DNA of 64,000 bases from Octopus vulgaris (GCA_951406725.2 OX597816.1:85374001-85438000); one strand, 5' to 3'. Shown: positions 28,267 to 41,664, numbered from the stretch's first letter. Notes: generated from the letters alone by a model not told the origin. Numbers and translations: made by a program.

Positions 28267-28673
28267 GGATCTTTTCGGTTTGAACGGCATTTTTTAACAT
28301 AATATCTAGGTAACTGAAAAATTTTAAACTTCGTATAATAGAATGTGTTTATAAAACATCTTTTTCTCTTGGCTTTATTGAGAAAATTCTATAGTTTGTA
28401 AGATATTTGTTCTTTTTTTCTTCAATTTCTACAATTTCAACCAATCAGTGACGTCTATTGAGTTCAAAATCATTCTGTGCCGTATGAATATGTCCCTCGT
28501 TTAAGAAACAGATTGGGTTTATTTACATTTCTGAAGAAAAAAAGATACCCTTCCCCCACCCTAACCCTAAAGAGATTGAAATGCAATAGATTGATACTAG
28601 GGTCATAATTATGAGTGACAATTTCATATGATACCGCTAGAAAAAAAAACTGCCGTTCAAACCGAAAAGATCC
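28267..28673. mobile_element. MITE / non-autonomous DNA transposon with ~28-bp TIRs
   Basis: ggatcttttcggtttgaacggca(t)ttttt ... aaaaaactgccgttcaaaccgaaaagatcc. Imperfect 8-bp flanks tagaaaat/aagaaagt. Internal ccctaaccctaa. Confidence 0.9.
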
Positions 28674-29043
28674 AAGAAAGTATTACTAACACTTTACACG
28701 ATGTGTATATGGAGTCATTTTTGCTCATTCTCTCAAGAAATGATTCTGAATTTGACAGTTATATCAAATAAGGTTTATTTTCAAGGATATTCATACAAAA
28801 ATTAATGACTCGTGTGTTATTTCGGCAGTAGAAATATGCGTGTATTTTTTATTAATTTTCGTATTATTACGAAGTTCACAATTTAGAGCAAATTCGATAA
28901 ATAACAGGTATTGATAAGACTACATAGATTGGACTTATGTATTACTACTGCGGTACAATATATTTTTGTAGTATGCTGAGGTAATTCATACGCAGTGTTG
29001 TAAATTCTTTCATAGAATTAATATTTACGTAAATCTCTAGAAA

Positions 29044-29146
29044 TAGTAGTTGTAGTAGCAGTAGCAGTAGTAGTAGTAGTAGTAGCAGTAGTAGTAGTGG
29101 TAGTAGTAGTAGTAGTAGTGCCAGCAGCAGAAGCAGCGGCAACAGT

Positions 29147-29178
<32 letters not shown>

Positions 29179-29189
29179 TAGTAGTAGTA
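29044..29189. repeat. (TAG)n/(CAG)n trinucleotide repeat
   Basis: Direct. Confidence 0.9.
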
Positions 29190-30199
29190 AGGAAGAATGC
29201 GTTGTAAGAGCGCATCGCTGCATCTACCGTCTCTTGGTGACTTCCTACTCCTGGTGATGATGCTTTTGTACCACTCCGGTAACAGCCCTCCAACTGATGG
29301 CTCTATTCGGGTAGTCGTTGCTGCTGAGGCTTTTGCAAGATCGCAGTGCAAATCGTACATGAAATTATTTTAGTTGCATTTTAGGACACGCAGAAAAAAC
29401 GCTGGGTCTATTGGCACCTTTTATTTAATATCTAAATATTACCCTATGCCAAATGTTGCAAGACACATGTCACAAGAAACTGCCTTAAAAATTCTCATAA
29501 ACAATTTAACTTAAAAATCGAAGTTTGTTCTTTGCATGGGATGAAGTAGTTTGTTTTATTCTTATGCTCACAAAGGAGACCCAGCAGTGAATTTCCCTTT
29601 TTAATACAAAGCAGTAATTTCTTAGAATCTATTATCAGCTATAGACAATTTAGATTTAACATATTCAATCGAGGCAGCATGCTAATAGAGAATAGAATGA
29701 AATCGAACGGCAAAAATATATTAATCGTTTATAGTAGTAATTTTGCTTCGTAACTCTCTTGTTTAACATTCACTCACACTGTGCGGCAACATGAATGTCT
29801 TGTACGATATTAGTCGTAATCGATGTCTTGTGAATGAGAAAATACGAGTTTGTGATTATGTAAATGTAATTTAAAATTAAAACTGATTCATTTGCGCCTC
29901 TGAAAATCTCATCTACTTCGGCTACAGTAGGAGCTATATAGGTTCAGTAGCAATGTCCTTAATACTCAGTGGTCACATGGGCAGAAGTGCTAAGGAACGC
30001 CGGCCACAATTCACAATATTCCCATTATACCAACGCACGGAAAGTACCTCAACTCAACAACGACTAAATAAAGAGGCTACATTTATTGAAAAATACAAAC
30101 CAGAACTTAACATGAATATATAATGGACTTTAAAAAAAAAAACAGAAAAAGGGCGAAAAGATTTATCTCCCCTTAACTAAGAAATATTATATACTGATT

Positions 30200-30568
30200 G
30201 GAAGCACTCCGTCGGTTACGACGACGAGGGTTCCGGTTGATCCAATCAACGGAACAGCCTGCTCGTGAAATTAACGTGTAAGTGGCTGAGCACTCCACAG
30301 ACACGTGTACCCTTAACGTAATTCTCGGGGATATTCAGCGTGACACAGAGAGTGACAAGGCCGGCCCTTTGAAATACAGGTACAACAGAAACAGGAAGTA
30401 AGAGTGAGAGAAAGTTGTGGGGAAAGAGTACAGCAGGGAACACCAACATCCCTGCCGGAGCCTCGTGAAGCTTTTAGGTGTTTTCGCCCAATAAACACTC
30501 ACAACGCCCGGTCTGGGAATCGAAACCACGAGTCCGCTGCCCTAACCACTGGGCCATTGCGCCTCCAC
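30200..30568 (-). mobile_element. tRNA-derived SINE (family B), near full length, with probable 11-bp TSD
   Basis: Minus-strand head ggaggcgcaatggcccagtggttagg..ggtttcgattccc (A/B boxes). Flanks atatactgatt / atacactgatt. Confidence 0.88.
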
Positions 30569-30673
30569 ATACACTGATTATCCCTTTAGACAAAAACATT
30601 ATATTCATTGATCATCCCGTTTTAGCTATACTCTACTGTATAAATCAAAAACTTATCTTGATTTCATAAATTT

Positions 30674-30706
30674 GAGTCATGATTAGCGAAGCGAACCGGT
30701 CGACTC
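30674..30706 (+). ncRNA. Minimal hammerhead ribozyme motif, A3-U8 core variant
   Basis: gagtc ATGATTA gc-gaa-gc GAA(-) ccgg TC gactc. 5-bp stem I, one A of GAAA missing. Confidence 0.7.
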
Positions 30707-30781
30707 TGTAATATTATAATGGATTAAATAATCTTTATCTACACAAACAAGATTTTTCTGCTTTTCATCTTAAAACTTATA

Positions 30782-30852
<71 letters not shown>

Positions 30853-30860
30853 ATATATGA

Positions 30861-30891
<31 letters not shown>

Positions 30892-30955
30892 GGTGTGTGT
30901 GTGTGTGTGTGTGTGTTTGTGTGTGTGTGTGCGTGCGTGTGTGTGTGTGAGTAAG

Positions 30956-31411
30956 AAATTAATAAAAACAGTTGTTTGCAACGTTATACCATAGTTGTCA
31001 TCTAAACATGACTAAGGTTGTGAATAACACCTACATTGCTAGAAATAAGTGTTAAAAATGTTCCACTGTTGTCACAAAGAACATAACATATACTCTGATA
31101 GGGGCTCCAATCGCTCCGAATGCCCAACCGACAATTCCTTAGACTGACTGGCCAGTTACGGCTCTTTCCATTACCATCTTCAGTAACTGGCTCGTTCGCT
31201 TGATTCCGAGTTAGCTCGCCTATCAGAGTTTAAAAATCATAAAAATCTATAGATGAATTAGCGGATCGCTAATGGGTATACAAAAAATTAATAAAAAAAA
31301 AACTGTTTGCAATGTAATGCGTAAAGGAAAATTATTATCGTCAAGTGAACTTGAGTATGAGTGTGAATAGCCCTTATATTGCTAGAAATAAGAGCTAACA
31401 TTTTTGACACT
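30956..31411. repeat. Diverged direct repeat (~30956-31068 / ~31285-31411, period ~330) enclosing a nested hairpin and a decayed HHR
   Basis: aaattaataaaaa..tgtttgcaa..tgtgaata..attgctagaaataag twice; stems actctgatagg/cctatcagagt and gccagttac/gtaactggc. Confidence 0.65.
31151..31191 (-). ncRNA. Decayed hammerhead-like motif
   Basis: gccagtta CTGAAGA tggtaatg GAAA gagccg taactggc. 8-bp stem I is intact; stem II and the cleavage site are degenerate. Confidence 0.45.
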
Positions 31412-31536
31412 AGTTTGGTACATATGTAAATAAATGTATTTTAAACATTCACAAGCTTTTGAAATTTAAGTGCATTTTCAGCAACACATTTTCCTATATA
31501 TTTTTTTCCTTCGTGGAAACACCACTCTGTCTTTTG

Positions 31537-31581
<45 letters not shown>

Positions 31582-31614
31582 AAACGAATCTCCACCAATT
31601 ACTCTATCTATATA

Positions 31615-31865
31615 TCTGTGCACACCTTTCAATGCCTTGTATGCCATAAGGTTTGCAAATCTAACGGAGACCTCAAAAGGCACTTTAAGATTCACAAATG
31701 TCAGAACATAGGTGCGGATCTTCGTGGTCAAAATCAGATATGCAATATGGGTGCCTTGTCAGTACATTGTCTGGTTTACATCAGATACCATGATGGATCT
31801 AAGGTGTAAGTGAAAGAGATGGTCAGCCTCTGCATAAGTAGTCAACCACACACACACACACACAC
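31615..31865 (+). mobile_element. Probable RTE-type LINE 3' end with C-terminal C2H2 finger (31627-31695) and (AC)n tail
   Basis: FQCLVCHKVCKSNGDLKRHFKIH, then a decayed second finger, stop, short UTR and (AC)n. No TGEKP linkers. Confidence 0.6.
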
Positions 31866-31867
31866 AT

Positions 31868-32234
31868 AAGCGTGGCGGCTGTGTGGGCGAAACTTACTTG
31901 CCAACAACATGATTCTTGATTCAGTACCCCTGCGTAAATGTCTTCTACCATAGCCTCGGGCCGACCAAAGTCTTGTTAGTGGATTTGGTAGACGGAAACT
32001 GAAAGAATCCCGTATTATATATGTATATATATACATCTATATGTTTATGTGTGTTTGTCTCCCTACACTGCGCTAGTGTGTTTACGTCCCCGTAACTTCT
32101 CGGTTCGGCATAGAGACTGATAGAATAATTACCAGTCTTAAGAAATACGGCCTGGGGTTGATTTGTCTGAATAAAACAAAAAATCTTCAATGTTGGTGAC
32201 CCAGCATGGCCGTAGTCTAATTTCTAAAACAAGA

Positions 32235-32238
<4 letters not shown>
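31868..32238 (+). mobile_element. tRNA-derived SINE (family A), diverged
   Basis: ggctgtgtgg..., atagcctcgggccgaccaaag, gtagacggaaactgaaagaa, ccagcatggccgtagtc tail. Confidence 0.88.
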
Positions 32239-32271
<33 letters not shown>

Positions 32272-32344
32272 CACGCACAAACACATACATATATATACAA
32301 ATGCGTGTGTATATGCATGTGTGATATAGATATATATAAATATC

Positions 32345-32480
<136 letters not shown>

Positions 32481-34013
32481 ATATGACTGAGACTCCGTTG
32501 AATTAGGTATTTCAGTTGTGGAAATTTGTTAGGTCGGTATAATCCTTACGCCCAGTCAATATTAATTATAAATGTGTGAAGTCTGTTTTATCGATTCAAT
32601 ATGTACTTTCGATCCCAAAGGATGATGAGCAAGGTCAACCTTGGCTAAATATCGTATCTAAATATCATAAACCTACATATGAACAAAAAACATTAAACTT
32701 CATATAATGCCCTTCAAAGCATCTAAAATGAGGAAGTTAGTCAAAACTGGAGTCCGCACGTATATTTGGTATTGATAAGTACAATGAATAAGGTATATTT
32801 ATGCATATTGCAAAGAAGGCATTTTATTTCCTTAACTACCAGCGCCGAGAAGAATGTTAATACTTCTTTCCGCAATTGCAATGCGTCAACAGAAGCAAGA
32901 TTGAGAGAAAAACTATTATAACTAACTTTGTTTATACTCTGAGATGAACTCTGCACTGCATGATACGAAGTGATACTAGTGCTGTATAATACTGCCTTGA
33001 GAAATAACGTTGTGTTTACGTGAAATTTATACCGGCATCTAATTGAATGAAATATGTATATTCCAACATACATACGTACATATACTTCATATAAGTGCGT
33101 GTGCGTGGAAGTCTGTGTATTTGATTGTGTGTCTTTTACTGCGTGCATATGGTTGGGTGTCTGTGTGAATTCATAAGTACATAGATATATACGTCTAAGT
33201 TTATCCTTAATATTTATAACTTTTCTTTGATTCGACTTAGTTAAATTATATATATAAAAAAAATTAACTTTTCATAACAGAAAAATCAAAATCTTATAAC
33301 TAGAAATATTAAATAAAAACCTGAGTAAACACAATAACAATACACGCATCATGTAAATATGAAACAGAAGTAGAGCACTGATTAGTAATTCTTTCAAGTA
33401 TTTCAAAATTTCTTCGCAATATTAACTTGAAACGAGAATAATTGAATGAGTAAATATATTGATATCTCAGGCGTACTTGTATGTTATTTGATTTTACTTC
33501 CCATAAACTAACCAAAATATCACCGTGTGTATGTGTGTGTATGTGCGTGTGTTCCGGCCATTGTAATCTGATGCTGAATACTAAAATGCAATCAAGAAAT
33601 AATTAACAATAGTGAGGACATATAAAACTGCCTCAGTAGTCGTCATAAGGAATATGGGATAGATTCAAACAATTCAGGTGAATCATGTTAAAATGAAAAC
33701 AAGTACAAATACTTATTTAGCGCGAGGAACGGCTGAACTTGTACAAAATACTCTGACGAGTTTCTTTGTCACCCCAGCATTAACATATAATATAGCAGTA
33801 ATCAACCAGCAAAACCTCATAAGAACAATGCGGCGTTGTGTCTGGCAAATGTCTACAATAATGATTGTAAACTAACTATAGTTTGAAATGAATCAGACGA
33901 ATATAATCAAAATCACTCCGGACGTCTTAATCTCTTTGCTATGTCAAGCAATAAGTTAACAGAGTAATTAATATAGGTTTTAAACACACACACACACACA
34001 GACACAGACACAG

Positions 34014-34045
<32 letters not shown>

Positions 34046-35850
34046 ACAACACACATTCTCTCTCTCCCTCTCACTCGCACATACACAAAATCACACTCAG
34101 ACATGTGTGTATGTGTGTGTGTGCTAGTGAAGTATTACCATAATTGTAATTCCACATTTGAAACTTGGAAAGTAAATACTCGGTTTCAAATGCCCCAGAA
34201 AATAATTTGTTTTCCAATGTTTCACATTTAAATTTGTTTATATTTCTAACGTATTCAAGTTTTGTGCATCACAGATCATACTTAATTTCCATACAGTATC
34301 AATATATTCCAATATATTCCTAAAAGTACAGAAATTAATGGTCTGATTCATAGACCAGCGACGCCTGAACATTTAATTTGTATAAATAAATATAAACGGG
34401 AAAACAATTAAAGAATTCATTATTTTGTACAACGCATCGTATTTCCAAACGTTTACTAGTTTTTCGAAGCTAGGATTATTTAATTGAACAATTTCAATAA
34501 TGATAGTGCCCCAATATAAACAATATATTATCTATATATATATATGTTCTCTGAAGGGTAATTTTTTCTGCTATTGTTATAATTGCTGGTAAAGCAATTT
34601 TTAACTACTACCCCATTAGAAGTTTCAGTAAACGTAATTTGAAATCAACATTGACAAATTTATTTCTGAAGTGAGACGAGTATATTACTATCTCACTTGG
34701 TATTTGAACTAGCGTACTAACGTTTTGGAGATGCCGTTTAAATTAATGTGGAATTTAAAAACCTATTTAAAATTTCAACTTCTTTAGCTATAAAATTTAT
34801 GGAGCGACCGCGCTTATAACTGCCAAACTTGATATTATAACCTGATATGTTATATAAAATACATCAATATTTTGCATAGAAAGTGCCTTTTGAGAGATGA
34901 TGCTGACAGATTTCATATTACATTGGATGAAGTTGTAGACTCACATCTTCCAAACAAGATAGCACCTTGTTATCATAATCTATATCTATTCACCATCCAA
35001 CCCACAACAACGAAATCATAATCACCTGGACAGCATGACAGAAACCTATTGAGTAAAAAAAGTAGAAGATTAAAAAACATACACCAATAGTTTACCTTCT
35101 CTATGTACAACCAAGCGCTGATTCTTACTGAAAATACAGTATATCGCAGAGCTGGTAGAATTTTGAATTGCATGGGTTGCATGCTAGATCTATACATGGC
35201 GTATAATCAGATGAATGATATACTGTTAACAACAGTGAGTTATCCATGTAGGCACGTGCAACACATCTTTTGTTGCTGAAAGTTAACGAAAATAGGAAAA
35301 TAAGGTCTGTATATTACTGAGTGAGATTTAGGAATACTGAAATATGTTATAACTACAGCCGACACCAATAATTAGCATCTACATAGAGTCAACTGACTTC
35401 GGTTGGTTTTCACATATGTTTCAGAGAAATTAGATATACCTTCTTCACAACAACAAGCAAAACAAGAATGTGTGCATCAATTGACATTAAATATTATGTA
35501 TTTAACGCGAAAACATATATAGCTGAAAATATATATTAAAAAAAAGGAGTGTATGAAATAATAATAATCACATGTCAATATCCAACAAATATCGTTGTGG
35601 AAAAATACAGGGAGCTAAGAGTTTTGTCCCAAAAGAAAATAATCAATATTATGTTGGGAAAAATAAAAATACTTTATCGAAAACCCACAAAAGAAGCTCA
35701 AAGTCATAAGGAGGAAGTTTTTGTAAACATACATAAAACACAAAATTCTCTAACATTTCAAAACAATAGAACTCTTTTATGAAATAACAAAATATTTGAA
35801 CTACTTAGTAAAAAAAGACAGGAGGTGTTTCAGAATATTTGTGTGTGTAC

Positions 35851-35882
<32 letters not shown>

Positions 35883-35889
35883 GGTTGTG

Positions 35890-35946
<57 letters not shown>

Positions 35947-36000
35947 GTGTGTGTATGTATATATAAGAGTGTATATATATATATATATTCTCTTTTTATC

Positions 36001-36363
36001 TTTACTCTTTTACTTGTTTCAATCATTGGACTGCGGCCATGCTGGAGCACCACCTCTACTAGAGCAAATCGACCCCAGGACTTATTCTTTGTAAGCCTAG
36101 TACTTATTCTATCGGTATCTTTTGCCGAACCGCTAAGTTTCAAATACGTAAACACACCAGCATCGGTTGTCAAGTGATGTTGGGATGACAAACACAGACA
36201 CACAAACATATACACACATATACATATATACGACGGACTTCTTTCAGTTTCCATCTACCAAATATCCCAAGGCTTTGGTCGGCCCAAGGTGCCACGCAGT
36301 GGGAATGAACCCGGAACAATGTGGTTGGTAAGCACGCTACTTACCGTACAGTTCTCCTGCGCT
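36001..36363 (-). mobile_element. tRNA-derived SINE (family A)
   Basis: Colinear with 53103-53526, with a short internal deletion. Confidence 0.92.
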
Positions 36364-36827
36364 TATATAGATATGTGTGCACGTGTGTGTGTATGTGTGT
36401 GTGTGTATGTCTGTGTGTCATATCATACACAGATAGCCTAAAACAGAAAGAAACCAGTAACTAAATGCCGTTTAATGATAAGAGAGAAAGAAAATGAGAA
36501 ACTGTGAACGGCAGCTATATTGTAATTCGAGACTCATTTGCTGACCTCATTATTTGCTCAAATAATATGACATGAAGTAAAATAATGATTTCTTTATTTA
36601 AGGAAGAAAAACAATATGAGTAGACAACAAAAGTACTTATGTTATCTCGGCTTGCTATCAGTTTATATTTTACAACTTGACCTTAAGAAAAACAAATATT
36701 TTGATACAATTCAGTGATTTTCTCAAAAAACAAAATACTTCAGTCTAATGAGATGTGATGATAAAAAATATACTTGTATATATGTGTGTGCGTGTATGTT
36801 TGCGTGCATATGTACGTATGTATATAT

Positions 36828-36911
<84 letters not shown>

Positions 36912-39064
36912 GCCTTTTCCATTTATATACACACACATACATAAAAACGTATACAGATAATCACAGAATAACGCACACACATATATATTGTATGTATATA
37001 TAATCTCTTTTTCTTTGCTTTCTTGCTATTGATTAGAAATTTCTATATCACAGTATTTTTCATCCAAGCGTAGAGACAAATGAGGTGTAAATAGGAAGAC
37101 AAAGGAAGAAAATAATAAGAATTCATAGTCGAGTGGAGAAGACTGTTAAACTTTAATTGCTATCAAAACTCGGATTTGTTCAGTAATGCTTAATAGCGGC
37201 TGTTCTTCAAGATATCGGTAACTTTACACAGACAATATGTTGTTGGTCACGTTTGTGTTTTCTTTTTGTTTGCTTGTTTTTTTTGTTTGCTTTATTTTCC
37301 TTTGGCTCTTTGTTCATTGTCGAATAACAACGTTGTTGTAAATGGCAACACCTATCTCACTTTAAAAATCAACCACCGCTGTCATCTACAGATGATATTT
37401 AGAATGTTATCTTTATTTTGCACTTCGTTGCTCCCGGCAGTCAATCATGCATGACTAAGAACATTTCGTTTTATTCGAAAGATTTTTTTTTCCTGTTTTG
37501 CTTTTGTTTTGCATACAGTGGTGATATGTAGCGAAAAACGTTTTGTTCTCTAGATTAATACGATGATAAGGAAGTCATATATTCATAAGATAATGTCCAC
37601 TGACCAAAAACAAACAACCACAGGGTTTTTAATAGAGTGACAACGAATATGTGCGGCGTTAAAGTTTATCACAACAATGTTAACATTTCGAGTATCATTT
37701 CTATAAAAATCTATAAGTAACAGAAATAAATCTGTGAAGTTTATTCAAGCGTTTCTCAGTATATTCAATATATTAAATATGCCTATACAGATTAATTTTT
37801 CAGAGAGTCTACGCTATGTACATACAATGTTCATACAACTACTTAGGAAAATCTGGACAATAAGTATTTAACGGCTTCTGAAGTTTTTCAACTCAAGTCT
37901 ATTTTTCGTTCTAAGTCACTTCATTATTGATCTTTACCTTACTGATAATATTTTCTCTATATCAGTTTCGCACATTTTCCGAATTAAATATTCATAAGTT
38001 CATATCGGTGGAAAAAACAATAGATATTTAGCACAGCAAGTACTAACTTAGTGAATAACTATATATAAGTATATATGTATTCAATACTCGCACACGTACT
38101 TACACACTCACACGCGAGTGCATGCATGTGTGTATATATGAAGCAAGATAAAACTTATGTGGATAAGCTGTTTAGTTTGGGTTATTTTAAGCATCGCATT
38201 CGAATACCAAAGCACAGGGAAGAATAGCTTAATATTTAAATCATTGTGTTTATGTATCTGAAAATAGTCAATCTACAGGGGGAAAAAAGAAATGTGCCTC
38301 ATAAGAAATTTCAGGGATATGCATATGAAATAATTGAAGTATATGACATTTGTAGGATATGAAAAGTCACTTTTGTGAGAGTCATTATGTATTCATTTTT
38401 TTCCGCACCAATACATTTTACTTATTTCATTCAACTAACAACTGAAAACGTGTGCCTAATTTGTTTAGCTAATATTTTCTGTACATTACGACATTTTCAT
38501 ATACTTTATAGTCTATAGTAGTAATCTGAACCCACATATACGTTAGATCTACTGTAAATAACATTGCGAATAAAGGTGTAGTCTTCGATATTCTAAAGAT
38601 CAGATTAGTCATGGTTGCAAACCTCTTGCTCCTTGGTATGCTCGAGCAAAGTTTCTTGGATGTTAAACCACAACCACACTTTTGTTGCCATGTAAGTTCA
38701 TTAAGAACTTTAGAGAACTCTACCAAATATGGGTATCCAATACCGTTTAAATATTTAGATGTTTACGTTTAAACGACTGGAAATAAGTAGGTAGCAAATT
38801 CGCCACTATATTTCATCTGGAAATATGGATTAGGTGAAATGTGCATTAAATCATTGATGAATATGTACACCAAGTTGACAGATTATTTTTTTGTATGCAC
38901 TTATACTCGATGAATATATACAATTCTACAACCTGTCATCTAAGAGACAGAGGTTTTATATAATTAATCCCACACAATTAACAGGAATGTGTATCAGTGT
39001 AGTCGCCTATGTGTGTGTGTTTGTGAGTGTGAGAGTGTGTGTGTATGTATGTGTGTGTATCTAC

Positions 39065-39470
39065 AATAGCGGCAGAAGCAGTATTAATACCAGTATGTAA
39101 TCTTGATCTCCAGCTAAACTTGTCGGTTATGTTAAAATTCAAAATAGTGCGTTATTTACCTAAAGAGGATCTCTCATAATAATCTCTCAATCGTCTACTA
39201 TGGCCATTGCCAAATCATGTGATTTCAACTTGCTATGGGTTCTTCAGTGATAGATGTCCAGCAGCACAATGACAGTCGAATCTTCAGATGAAGACAGTCA
39301 AATCTTCAGGTGCTAGTGTCGCAAGTAGTCAGTGGGCTTATCAAAAACTAAAAAATAGTAGCAGAAGCAGTATTAATGCAAAAAGTTAATCTTGAACTCT
39401 AAACTAACGAGTAAGTCGTTTTAGAACACAAAATACTACTTGATTTACGTTGAGAAGATCTCTCTTAATG
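39065..39470. repeat. Diverged partial tandem (period ~289 bp) containing a hammerhead motif
   Basis: aatag..gcagaagcagtattaat..taatcttga.ctc..gatctctc.taat at 39065 and 39354. Confidence 0.7.
39210..39250 (-). ncRNA. Hammerhead-like motif (C3-G8), weak stems I and II
   Basis: tca CTGAAGA ac-ccatagcaa-gt t GAAA tca-ca-tga TT tgg. Confidence 0.5.
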
Positions 39471-40283
39471 ACTCGTTGTTCATAAAAGCAACATAATTAT
39501 ATTGTTGAAAGACAATACAGCTCTCGGAAATGCTAGATCAGGGGCTTTCACTCTGCTGTTGGTCCCTCCTTACGACAGAATCTGTCAAGATAAACATCGC
39601 GGTTTTCTGTGTTGTAACATCATTCAACGACCTTTTTCTTTTTAACAAGAATAAATACTGTGTATCAGCATCGTCACTTAAAGTACATGTTGCTTTTCGC
39701 ATCGCACGCTCTCTCTCTCTCTCTCTCACATACACACACACAAACACACACACACACTCTCACTCAATCTCCAGCAACTATGGTCTGTCCTAATGTGCAG
39801 TTTTGTTTACACAATATATCTAAATATATTTCACCTGCTTAAAGACAAAGCAGCTTTTGTTATGATAGTTCAATCGGCCTAATTCTGCACGCAAACGTCA
39901 TCAACACTCAAACAAAATACACCAAACTTGCATTCACACGATTTTTCAACAACCAACAGACTGCCAATATTCACGAAACAAAATCTCTGAGGAGATCTGA
40001 AAGCAATGGGCAGAGTTGTTCCTCCTGAGAGAACCAATATAAAATGGCTTAAAAGCAAATCAAAAACAAAAACCCGCGAAACAATTATTAATGATTATTT
40101 TATAGGTCAATTATTCATATTTATACATAGCTGATAGTTCAATGAGACATTACTTAATACTTCCCACTCTCCAAGATTATTCAATTGTGATGGTATCATT
40201 ATATTACACGTTTCGTCTGAACGAACCTGTAGAGAGATGTATACTGCAACTGAGATATACAACGGAATAGAATATAGATGTGA

Positions 40284-40331
<48 letters not shown>

Positions 40332-40415
40332 AGAATTCACGGAAAAACACAAGACGAAGACAGATGGCATAGAAAACAAACAGATGTATTAGTATAACGC
40401 TCGAGAATTGAAAAA

Positions 40416-40456
40416 TTCCTTTATGTTTCGTGCCTACGCTCTTCCACAGAAAGGAA
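40416..40456 (-). ncRNA. Decayed hammerhead motif in a ~180-bp pLTR-like remnant (40328-40507) between (TA)n tracts
   Basis: ttccttt CTGTGGA a gagc-gtag-gcac GAAA ca TA aaggaa. Confidence 0.5.
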
Positions 40457-41664
40457 CACAGATGGAGTGGAAAATGTGTGTAGTGGCTACCGATCTTTCA
40501 TGGGGACTATATATATATGAATGTATGTATGTATGTATGTATGTGTGTATGTGTGTATCTATATATGTGTAGATGTATGTATGTGGGTTCCACACTATAT
40601 TACAGTTTCCAATGCAATACGTTGCGTGGCATCAACCTCGGGACAGACTACTGTGCGAAATAGGTATAGTTATAGTTTTATGTCGTATATGCATATATCT
40701 ATATCAAAAATAATCGCTACATCTCGTACTTACACCACTACCAGAATTAGTTATTTCATAACTCGAGTTTAACGACCCTCTGCTATTGGTTTCATCAGTT
40801 TTCTTGCTCTTCCTTTTATTTATTCGTTTAATATTTGTATATTTTTATTTTAATTCTCTCTCGTGGTTTTGAGAGCTTGCGTGGCATAGTTCGGACATGT
40901 GTGATATGCATTTTCTCTTGCTATTTTGTGTGCATACAAGTTTATAGATAATTTGCCTAATGGGAAAAGTGTATACATTTGGAGTTTGAAGATCTGTTTT
41001 ATTTATTGTGGAACACTGAAGTGATGAGGTGAATGATTGAATAAACTTTCTAAAACTGTTATGTAATTATCATGGCATTTTGCTAAAACGGGTATATGCT
41101 CTATAAAGCATTGAATCACATATCTGCTCTCTGCTAAATTATTATTATTTCTATATACATACAAACATGCATCATTCATGTAAATACCATACATACAGAC
41201 ATACATGTAGATAGTTTTTTTATATGGTGGCTTGAAAGTAAGACAGAGATTTAGAAACTCACTTCCTCCTCTAGAAATATGGAGAAATCATATTGTATAC
41301 AATTCAAAATTACTGCAACATGCAAACTATAGGTTTATGTTACCATGAGTTACACACGCTGCTCTAGATAGATAAAAAACAATCATGAAATTATTTACGT
41401 CACGAGATAGTGCTTTTCACCAGCTGTGAGGCGGAAAAGACTTTCCCAAAGTTATCCTTTGAGAAGAACAAATTCCGGTCGTTCATGAATAAAGAGTGCT
41501 TAACTTTTCTCTAAAAATGCTTATAACAAGTAATTCTCAAACTACAAAACTTTGCGAAAATGTGTTGCTAGAAAATATACAGCGTATTTTGTAAAATACA
41601 GCTTATATAGAATGTATTTCTGTCGGTATTTCTAATGAAAGTTCATATTTCCTGCTAATTATGT

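Larger units (their letters stand above)
29890..30780 (+). mobile_element. Decayed PLE 3' end (GIY-YIG remnant 29890-30123, HHR at 30674), interrupted by a SINE
   Basis: CASENLIY..YIGS..PQFTIFPLYQ..RLNKEATFIEKYKPELN, homologous to the 24-kb ORF. Ends at (TATC)n. Confidence 0.85.

Noticed and set aside
28945-29360. Poly-T/L/Y ORFs
   Set aside because: Open frames are explained by trinucleotide repeats; no domain. An exon cannot be fully excluded.
30500-30568. tRNA gene
   Set aside because: The A/B boxes belong to a SINE head; no complete cloverleaf.
34990-35200. Possible minus-strand exons with donor and acceptor signals
   Set aside because: The implied intron is only ~50 nt and the peptide is unrecognisable.
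38600-38696. Possible plus-strand exon ending CAT|gtaagt
   Set aside because: Weak acceptor and no homology evident.
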